From IMG/VR virus record IMGVR_UViG_3300009499_000148, positions 32,001 through 96,000 of that record: a stretch of 64,000 nt of DNA, one strand, 5' to 3'. The stretch comes from a virus. Shown in pieces: positions 58,034 through 64,000 of the stretch; the first letter of the stretch is position 1; each line of letters starts with the position of its first letter. The notes beneath the pieces were generated by a model that was not told where the DNA came from, did not search any database, and worked only from the letters and a program-made list of their open reading frames with translations. The translations under genes were made by a program, and so were the position numbers.

Positions 58034-58104
58034 TGCTCCCATGGAGAATCGAACTCCAAATCCCCGATTGAAAATCGAGTGTTTTTCCTTTGAACTATGG
58101 GAGC
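58034..58104 (-). tRNA. tRNA-Glu(TTC)
   Basis: CTCGA-TTTTCAA-TCGGG. Confidence 0.85.
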
Positions 58105-58119
58105 ATTTACTTATAGAGC

Positions 58120-58821
58120 ATGAAATCATTAAATGCAAAAAAACCATCAATCGTTATCGTTGATTACGACGTTGGAATTCCTCGCACTGAGCTTGTGATT
58201 GTTGCACGTGCGCTTCAGAAACAAGCAAACCAACATTTCGCACAACCCCCACCACATGGATACGGCATCGGATGCACTGTTCGTGTCGCGTCAAAGCGCT
58301 CTCCTCCAAAAGAGCATGAGTGGTTGATGGGTCTGTTTAAGGATGCTGACCAACCTGGAGCTCTCGGCTACCACGATGAAACATCATCAGGAATGCCTCT
58401 CATGCGTATCTTTCCTCTTTTGGCACCCAACGAACCATGGTCAATCACAGCATCTCATGAGCTTCTTGAAACATTAGCTGACCCAAACATCTGTAGATGT
58501 GCCCAGGGCCCTGATGGCCGGATATGGGCTTATGAGGTCTGCGACGGTGTAGAGGCAGACAGCTACGAGATAGATGGTGTTAGGGTCTCTAATTTTGGCC
58601 TACCTCCATACTTTGAGCCCCCTCCTGTACTAACTGGTGTGAGATTCGACTACATGGGTCTTTGCACACATCCGTATGAGACTAGAAAAGGAGGCTACAA
58701 CCAATATTGGGATGGTCGTGGATGGCATCAGGTGCAAAACTTTCAACGCCATGCAAGGCAGTGGCTTAATGAAACGGGTCGTGGTGCACGTCGTAGAAAG
58801 AAGACGAAAGCAAACGACTGA
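58120..58821 (+). CDS. zinc metalloprotease-like protein
   Basis: GALGYH, SHELLETLADP, EVCD. Confidence 0.65.
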   Translation: MKSLNAKKPSIVIVDYDVGIPRTELVIVARALQKQANQHFAQPPPHGYGIGCTVRVASKRSPPKEHEWLMGLFKDADQPGALGYHDETSSGMPLMRIFPLLAPNEPWSITASHELLETLADPNICRCAQGPDGRIWAYEVCDGVEADSYEIDGVRVSNFGLPPYFEPPPVLTGVRFDYMGLCTHPYETRKGGYNQYWDGRGWHQVQNFQRHARQWLNETGRGARRRKKTKAND

Positions 58822-58884
58822 GATAGACTTGAACTATCATCCCAACGCTCCAAAGGCGTGTGTAATCCATTATACTATCAGTCG
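58814..58884 (-). tRNA. tRNA-Gln(TTG)
   Basis: ACGC-CTTTGGA-GCGT; CGACTGA/TCAGTCG acceptor. Confidence 0.7.
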
Positions 58885-58888
58885 ATGT

Positions 58889-58959
58889 TTGAGCCACTAG
58901 GACTTGAACCTAGACAGAAGCAGTCAGAGTGCAGCATGCTACCATTACATCATAGCTCA
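58889..58959 (-). tRNA. tRNA-Gln(CTG)
   Basis: GCA-CTCTGAC-TGC; U1-A72. Confidence 0.8.
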
Positions 58960-58962
58960 TCA

Positions 58963-59032
58963 TGGAGTGTATGGGCACTGCCCCCACCGCGTCCGGATTG
59001 CAAATCCAGTCTCTGCCCTGTGCAGACACCCC
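58963..59032 (-). tRNA. tRNA-Ala(TGC), short D arm
   Basis: G3-U70, CTGGA-TTTGCAA-TCCGG. Confidence 0.75.
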
Positions 59033-59034
59033 AT

Positions 59035-60768
59035 TCATTCTATCGCAGCGAACAACGAATCTTCCATTTTTGCTTTCACTGACCGAACGTACGCCTGCGT
59101 CTCAGCAAATGGAGGAACTCCATCGTATCGCTCAACGTTTGCCTGCCCAGCATTATACGCGGCCGCGGCAAGCTCGTAATCATTCTCAAACCTATCCAAA
59201 AGCTGTCGTAGATGCCTAGTACCAGCATCGATCGCCTGTGCTGGGTCAAATGCATTACGAAGTCCAAGACCACGGGCTGTCCTCGGCATGATTTGCATTA
59301 TTCCCTGTGCTCCAACAGACGACACGGCTCTAGGATTGTAGTTCGACTCTGTTCGAATGATTGCATCAATGAATGCTGCAGGAACCTCATACCTCTTCGA
59401 TGCGCGCTGAACAAGCCTATGCAATTCACGACGTGAATACGTTCGTGTCGGTGTTGTCGTCTGCGATACAGAAGATGTCTCAGTCGGTTGTGCATCATCA
59501 ATATTGATAGATGTCTCAGGTGCAACAATCGGTTCTTTATGCTTTTTTAGTGTGTGCTTTTGCGCTAAATTGCTGCCACCCACTGCCTGATGTTTTTGAT
59601 TGTAATCATCAAGCGCGCCCAACCCGACCAATGATGCAACGAGAGCAGTGTTAAGCTTTTTACCCTCTTCATACGATAATCTCTTCGGGTGTGCTTTGAC
59701 ATCAATACCCCTTGCCCTGAGAAGCTCTATTCTGCTCTTTAGGTCCTTCAATGGGCTCAACTCTTCATGACCCTGATGGGCCGGCTGCCCGAAGCTCCAA
59801 TCAAGCTTCTTCAGCTTCTTTAAAGCCTCCTTCGGAGAATCAGATGCATTCCACACTGCAACCATCTCCATCTCAGACGGAGTAAGCTTCTGCTTGTCTG
59901 ATGCTGCAACGTGTTGTTCAGCATCATTCTCGTCGTCGAATGACATCATGGGCATGTCCTCAGTGTCATGCACATCTTCAGGCTGCTCAAACTCGACGGG
60001 CTCTTCATCTTGAATGAATTCTTCAGGTGGCTCAAATGCATCATACGTGTCTAATGCAACGTCAGGATGTTCATCCTGAACAACATCATCAGGAACGACG
60101 ATGGGTTCATCGTTGAGCTTCCATCGTGTTGCACGCCGGTCGGGCAAATCTCTTATGAAATCGTCTCCAAGCTGTTTCTTTAGCTTCCACGCCATCATTT
60201 TGATGAACTCTGGCGTCAATGTAGGGTATGCATCGTTGATGTTTTTTACAGCGTCGCGTCTGTCTTCAGAGCTATCCCAAATCTCTTTAAATTCATCAGG
60301 CGTAGGCGTATCTGTTCTCTTCGGACGACCCCTACCTGCCTTCATTATGGGTTGCTGATTTTTCATGGCACGTTCAGCATTGATTCTAGAGACCAACTTC
60401 GAAAGCTGCATATATGTTATGTTGAGACTCTTCGCAGCAGCAGATACGTTTCCACCCGAAGCTAGCAGCGCCGACTCGATATCATGAATGGAAATCTCAC
60501 GCTCTTGCTTCTGTGATGTGGGCGACATCTTCGCTAGCATTCTCCAAGGAGCATCCCTATCCTTGAAAGATGGAAGCCTCTGTGAGTCATTTGTCTGTTT
60601 GTTGTTGTACTGTTGCGCGCGCATCGCAAGATTGTGGTAGCTTAGTCCCATCTCATCAGCTAGCTCTTGCAGCGTTTTTCCTGCCTGCCATGCAGCCCTA
60701 TATGCTTTACCAAACTCGTCTAAATCCCATTTCATCGCTTCATTTAGAAACGAACGCAAGATACGCAT
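59035..60768 (-). CDS. multidomain protein: HTH-like repeats, acidic linker, C-terminal SLT lytic transglycosylase
   Basis: AIIRTESNYNPRAVS..GAQGIMQIMP, AAYNAG, PPFAETQAYV; Fis-like GGNVSAAAKSLNI. Confidence 0.85.
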   Translation of the reverse strand: MRILRSFLNEAMKWDLDEFGKAYRAAWQAGKTLQELADEMGLSYHNLAMRAQQYNNKQTNDSQRLPSFKDRDAPWRMLAKMSPTSQKQEREISIHDIESALLASGGNVSAAAKSLNITYMQLSKLVSRINAERAMKNQQPIMKAGRGRPKRTDTPTPDEFKEIWDSSEDRRDAVKNINDAYPTLTPEFIKMMAWKLKKQLGDDFIRDLPDRRATRWKLNDEPIVVPDDVVQDEHPDVALDTYDAFEPPEEFIQDEEPVEFEQPEDVHDTEDMPMMSFDDENDAEQHVAASDKQKLTPSEMEMVAVWNASDSPKEALKKLKKLDWSFGQPAHQGHEELSPLKDLKSRIELLRARGIDVKAHPKRLSYEEGKKLNTALVASLVGLGALDDYNQKHQAVGGSNLAQKHTLKKHKEPIVAPETSINIDDAQPTETSSVSQTTTPTRTYSRRELHRLVQRASKRYEVPAAFIDAIIRTESNYNPRAVSSVGAQGIMQIMPRTARGLGLRNAFDPAQAIDAGTRHLRQLLDRFENDYELAAAAYNAGQANVERYDGVPPFAETQAYVRSVKAKMEDSLFAAIE

Positions 60769-60814
60769 GCTAATATATATCGCGTCGTCAATAGAAATTG
60801 ACAACCTTAAGTAA

Positions 60815-60897
60815 TGCTTAGAGCGGGACTTGAACCCGCACGCCATCAATGACAACAACTTCTAAGGCTGCCGCGTCTACCATTCCGCCACCCAAGC
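60815..60897 (-). tRNA. tRNA-Leu(TAG)
   Basis: GCAGC-CTTAGAA-GTTGT; long variable arm. Confidence 0.88.
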
Positions 60898-60900
60898 ATA

Positions 60901-60982
60901 TGCTCCGGGAGGGATTTGAACCCTCATGACATCAGTCGGCGCGTTTTGAATGCGCTGTGTCTGCCTATTCCACCACCAGAGC
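60901..60982 (-). tRNA. tRNA-Leu(CAA)
   Basis: GCGC(A)-TTCAAAA-(C)GCGC; long variable arm. Confidence 0.88.
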
Positions 60983-60988
60983 AATCGA

Positions 60989-61068
60989 TGGACCCAGACG
61001 GACTCGAACCGTCAAGCATTGCAGTCCCGTGTGGGATTTCAATACAACGCCCAGACCAACCTGGGCCC
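60989..61068 (-). ncRNA. anticodon-less tRNA-like RNA with alanine identity elements
   Basis: GGGCCCA/TGGGTCC-A (G3-U70, A73), canonical T arm, unpaired D region, GCGTTGTA/TGCAATGC helix. Confidence 0.6.
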
Positions 61069-61074
61069 AAAAAG

Positions 61075-61145
61075 CACGGTGTGAAGGACTCGAACCCTCA
61101 CAATACGAGTTGGAAACGTATATGCTACCATTACATCAACACCGT
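61075..61145 (-). tRNA. tRNA-Trp(CCA)
   Basis: TACG(T)-TTCCAAC-(T)CGTA; G73. Confidence 0.8.
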
Positions 61146-61153
61146 ATGCGACA

Positions 61154-61226
61154 TGCTTCAGATGGGACTCGAACCCATACGACCCGGCTTCTCGAACCGG
61201 TGACTTTACCATTTGTCCACCGAAGC
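61154..61226 (-). tRNA. tRNA-Leu(GAG), short variable region, C33
   Basis: CCGGT-TCGAGAA-GCCGG. Confidence 0.65.
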
Positions 61227-61229
61227 AAA

Positions 61230-61300
61230 TGGGACCTAAGGGATTTGAACCCTGACCAACGGTGTGTAATACCGATATGCTACCGTTACACCAAGGCCCC
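61230..61300 (-). tRNA. tRNA-Val(TAC)
   Basis: CGGT-ATTACAC-ACCG. Confidence 0.82.
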
Positions 61301-61392
61301 GACACAAACAGAAGCATGGCTTAACCTTCCAGCCATCAGAGGACATGGGGATGCTCAATCGGATGAGCCTCTTTGAGATGCTGTCCCAACAA

Positions 61393-61466
61393 TCGAGGCG
61401 GAGGGACTTGAACCCACACGATACCCTGCTCCCAAAGCAGGTGGCCTACCATTGGCCCACACCTCG
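61393..61466 (-). tRNA. tRNA-Pro(TGG)
   Basis: CCTGC-TTTGGGA-GCAGG. Confidence 0.88.
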
Positions 61467-61471
61467 GTAAA

Positions 61472-61544
61472 TCAGAATGGGTGGAATTGCACCACCACGT
61501 GATGGCCCCGAACCACCCATGCTGCTGTTGAACATCACATCCTG
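61472..61544 (-). tRNA. tRNA-Pro(CGG)
   Basis: GGTGG-TTCGGGG-CCATC. Confidence 0.8.
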
Positions 61545-61547
61545 AAA

Positions 61548-61619
61548 CTCCAAGGCTCAGATTTGAACTGAGATAATCTCCGTTAACAGCGGAGCGCACT
61601 GCCGTTGTGCTACCTTGGA
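61548..61619 (-). tRNA. tRNA-Asn(GTT)
   Basis: CTCCG-CTGTTAA-CGGAG. Confidence 0.88.
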
Positions 61620-61622
61620 ATA

Positions 61623-61695
61623 TGGTCTCATTCGGAATCGCACCGAACTCCCGTGCTTTTCAGACACATGCTTTCTCTATGTAAGCTAAGAGACC
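61623..61695 (-). tRNA. tRNA-Phe(GAA) with 6-nt anticodon loop
   Basis: TGTGT-CTGAAA-GCACG. Confidence 0.6.
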
Positions 61696-61697
61696 GT

Positions 61698-61771
61698 TGC
61701 GCCCGAGTGGACTCGAACCACTAACCTTCTCATTAAAAGTGAGCTGCTGCTACCGATTGAGCTACGAACGC
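61698..61771 (-). tRNA. tRNA-Lys(TTT)
   Basis: CTCA-CTTTTAA-TGAG. Confidence 0.85.
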
Positions 61772-61777
61772 ATAAAA

Positions 61778-61847
61778 CGAAGGGCCCAGATTTGACTCCA
61801 GAACTTCATCGAATCCCGATGATATGATGCTATTTCACCAGCCCTTC
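61778..61847 (-). pseudogene. tRNA-like element with aberrant anticodon and T loops
   Basis: Perfect GAAGGGC/GCCCTTC acceptor; TCATCG-GGATT-CGATGA hairpin. Confidence 0.5.
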
Positions 61848-61854
61848 AGATTAA

Positions 61855-61924
61855 AGCCGTGGGTATGAATTGAACATACGACCTATCGATTAATATCGAT
61901 TGCTCTACACTGAGCTACCACGGC
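61855..61924 (-). tRNA. tRNA-like gene with 6-nt anticodon loop (TATTAA)
   Basis: Intact acceptor, D and T arms; ATCGA-TATTAA-TCGAT. Confidence 0.6.
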
Positions 61925-61927
61925 AAG

Positions 61928-62011
61928 TGGAGACGGATGGATTTGAACCAATCACAGTCATAATGACGCTTGATTTACAATCAAGTGAGCTCACCATTGC
62001 TCAGCATCTCC
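61928..62011 (-). tRNA. tRNA-Tyr(GTA)
   Basis: CTTGA-TTGTAAA-TCAAG; long variable arm. Confidence 0.88.
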
Positions 62012-62048
62012 ATACAACCATTATACCAAACGTATGAATAAAATACAC

Positions 62049-62121
62049 TGCGGGCGGAGGGACTCGAACCCTCACCATTAGTTTGGAAAACTAACATGCT
62101 ACCATTGGACACTACGCACGC
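62049..62121 (-). tRNA. tRNA-Gly(TCC)
   Basis: TTAGT-TTTCCAA-ACTAA. Confidence 0.85.
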
Positions 62122-62127
62122 AACTGA

Positions 62128-62216
62128 CGGAGAGCAGTGGGCTTGCACCACATACGCATAAAGCGCACCATCTGTTTAGCAAGCAGCGCCGAATCTAGAT
62201 TTTCGATTTACTCTCC
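62128..62216 (-). tRNA. tRNA-Ser(GCT)
   Basis: Loop TTGCTAA, long variable arm, G73. Confidence 0.75.
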
Positions 62217-62220
62217 AAAA

Positions 62221-62291
62221 CACCACATGGGAGAATTGCACTCCCGCGAACGACTGGACAGGTCGTCATGCTGCTACTACATCAATGCGGT
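62221..62291 (-). tRNA. tRNA-Asp(GTC)
   Basis: ACGAC-CTGTCCA-GTCGT. Confidence 0.82.
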
Positions 62292-62294
62292 AAG

Positions 62295-62366
62295 GGTATC
62301 CGACGGGTGTTGCACCCGTGTCTTTCGAGCCACAGTCGAATGCTCTACTGTTGAGCTACGGACACC
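62295..62366 (-). tRNA. tRNA-His(GTG)
   Basis: TTCGA-CTGTGGC-TCGAA; G-1/C73. Confidence 0.85.
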
Positions 62367-62369
62367 AAA

Positions 62370-62927
62370 TTAAAGTGTTAAACGCTTGGGTGCATTTCTT
62401 CGAAAACAGTGTGTGAAATAAAATTCAGGCATCCAATTTCGAATCTTTTTTGCACAAAAAACATGATTTTCATTTGTTAATTTACAAACTTTTTCTAGCC
62501 AACCGATTTTTCCAAAATCAATAGACTTATCAAGAAATGCTTGATTAATTAAATTACAAAAATTGTTTTTGTATTCAAGCTGTTCTTTTATAATTTTTTG
62601 ATGAACTAGCTTTTTTTCTTCATATAAAGCTTGTCCTTTTCTAATTCTTAAAGATGTTTTTTTATTTGTTCTGCCCCAATTTCTAAAATTGGGTGTTAAT
62701 GCATGACAGTTTGGACACAAAACTCTAAGATTATCTCGATTTTCGTTTTTGTGATTACCATCTATATGGTCAATTTCTAAAATTATACCACCACAATTTC
62801 TGCGTTTATTATAACCACATTCACTACAGCTATAGTTTGCTTCCTTAAAAAGGAACTGTCGCTTTTTCTTTGCAGACAACATCTCAAAAGGAACTTCATC
62901 CCAATTAAAATTTTTCCATTGATTCAT
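62370..62927 (-). CDS. HNH homing endonuclease inserted in the tRNA array
   Basis: CSECG, LEIDHIDGN..N...NLRVLCPNCH; very AT-rich. Confidence 0.88.
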   Translation of the reverse strand: MNQWKNFNWDEVPFEMLSAKKKRQFLFKEANYSCSECGYNKRRNCGGIILEIDHIDGNHKNENRDNLRVLCPNCHALTPNFRNWGRTNKKTSLRIRKGQALYEEKKLVHQKIIKEQLEYKNNFCNLINQAFLDKSIDFGKIGWLEKVCKLTNENHVFCAKKIRNWMPEFYFTHCFRRNAPKRLTL

Positions 62928-62964
62928 ACAATGGTCAATTATTGTGATAAAGTGTGATTGTAAA

Positions 62965-63038
62965 AGCTGATGATTGGATTCGAACCAACGACCTGAGCAT
63001 TACAAATGCTCTGCTACTACCAACTGAGCTACATCAGC
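62965..63038 (-). tRNA. tRNA-Thr(TGT)
   Basis: GAGCA-TTTGTAA-TGCTC. Confidence 0.88.
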
Positions 63039-63040
63039 AA

Positions 63041-63110
63041 CATCGTCGGCGGGACTTGCACCACGCATCCTCTCAAAGAATTTTGAGAACTTTGCTTAAG
63101 CTACGACGAT
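63041..63110 (-). pseudogene. tRNA-like element without a canonical anticodon loop
   Basis: Perfect ATCGTCG/CGACGAT acceptor; TCTCAAA-AATTC-TTTGAGA hairpin. Confidence 0.55.
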
Positions 63111-63184
63111 AGTCTTCACGAATTCTTTTGTCAAACGACAACGATGATGACGGCATTACCCAGTCATTTATCTAAAGAAATCTG

Positions 63185-63343
63185 TTATTCAATTTTCAAA
63201 CAGCCCAACCACCCTCTCAGGCGGCTTATCGGCTGTCTGAGAGGAACTGTCTATGTTGTCGTATACCCGTTTGCAAAGAGACTATCTGATGTCAACGCTT
63301 CATTAGAAGCATTCTGCCATCTATGTAGTCCTTTGGGTTGCAC
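63185..63343 (-). promoter_or_regulatory. tRNA-array leader: 30-codon ORF ending in UAG, long stem, boxA-like element
   Basis: GAGG-6 nt-GTG ORF 63343..63251; TAGACAGTTC pairs with GGGCTGTTTG; GCTGTTTGAAAATTGAATA. Confidence 0.55.
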
Positions 63344-63437
63344 GGTTATCCTCAACAAGATGATAATAATGTATCACCTTCACGCAGTATGTATCACAAC
63401 AAATTGACAATTGGTCATGCTTACAGTAAGTAAATAA

Positions 63438-64000
63438 ATGGCACAAAAAGACGATGTTCATTTAAGCTTTAAAAAAGACTTGTTAGCATTGCTGTGGTTC
63501 GTCGCCCTCAATGTATCATGTGCAGCGCAGACATCGGTCTATAGCTGTCAACCGAACTGTCAAAATGATTTAAAGCACGTTGAACAGGATGCAACGTCTG
63601 TACCTGTCGCTTCGTTTGTATATGTTCAATCGACGAACTTTTATCGTGGTGAGTGTGAATCACAGACGTGCGTTCCAACGCTAAAGACAACATCTGGTTC
63701 AGGTTTCATAATCCATCGCTCTGTCTCTGACGCAACGACAGCATACATCATGACTGCTGACCACCTTTGCAAGCACATGAATGATGATGAAAATGAAAAG
63801 CTTGGTCATAAATTTCTTGTCGTCGATTATCACGGCGGCATACATCGTGCTAAGCATTTCTTTTCAAATGATAGTGATGATGTTTGTGTTCTACAAATAA
63901 CGGGCCTTCGTCGCGACATTCCGACGGCGCAGCTAGCTGATGCACTTCCCGCAATCGGGTCTAGAGTGTATAACGTTGCAGCACCGAGGTCTTACTTCAA
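63438..64000 (+). CDS. trypsin-like serine protease (partial, runs off window)
   Basis: Not in the ORF track. Manual translation from ATG 63438: SGSGFII, YIMTADHLC, DDVCVL; hydrophobic N-terminal segment. Confidence 0.8.
   Translation, partial: MAQKDDVHLSFKKDLLALLWFVALNVSCAAQTSVYSCQPNCQNDLKHVEQDATSVPVASFVYVQSTNFYRGECESQTCVPTLKTTSGSGFIIHRSVSDATTAYIMTADHLCKHMNDDENEKLGHKFLVVDYHGGIHRAKHFFSNDSDDVCVLQITGLRRDIPTAQLADALPAIGSRVYNVAAPRSYF

Noticed and set aside
81-60773. Numerous plus-strand ORFs antisense to recognised genes (for example 3175..3804, 10629..11210, 51285..51794)
   Set aside because: Shadow ORFs of strongly supported minus-strand genes, with no motifs
60815-60897. Second suppressor tRNA, because its loop contains TAG
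   Set aside because: Anticodon TAG reads CUA (Leu); the long variable arm and A73 fit tRNA-Leu
60916-62373. ORF-track proteins across the tRNA array (for example 60957..61376, 61039..61317, 61336..61599)
   Set aside because: They overlap well-formed tRNA genes and show no protein motifs
1-64000. Genome-wide TAG reassignment (code 15), suggested by the CUA tRNA
   Set aside because: Long genes are intact in code 11, complete domains such as IscA end at TAG, and the encoded release factor is RF1-type

Overview
Segment of a large (jumbo-type) bacteriophage genome, read in standard code 11 and mostly on the minus strand. 1-30 kb: a partial T4 gp55-like late sigma factor, then a long glycan biosynthesis/modification region. 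That region holds GT4/GT2 glycosyltransferases (one carrying a LAGLIDADG intein), a NeuB-family synthase, a cytidylyltransferase, GmhA, SDRs, an epimerase, a class IV aminotransferase, methyltransferases, a deacetylase and a radical SAM enzyme. It is interrupted by free-standing homing-type endonucleases and by a tandem array of eight small paralogs. 30-55 kb: translation and proteostasis functions (PhoH, RF1-like release factor, tmRNA, Hc1-like protein, DinG, ClpP, divergent chaperonin, amber suppressor tRNA, IscA, AAA ATPase, RNA ligase, EF-Ts, HD hydrolase). 55-63 kb: an array of about 26 tRNAs plus several non-canonical tRNA-like RNAs. The most striking signal is a candidate UAG-sensing regulatory circuit. 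The RF1-type gene needs a prfB-style +1 frameshift, but at CUU-UAG-C instead of CUU-UGA-C. Three unannotated leader ORFs, upstream of the release factor, an HNH nuclease and the tRNA array, all end in UAG at the edge of stems that mask an RBS or a boxA-like element. A tRNA with a CUA anticodon begins on the G of the iscA UAG stop codon. All calls come from manual reading of motifs; no database searches or folding programs were run.
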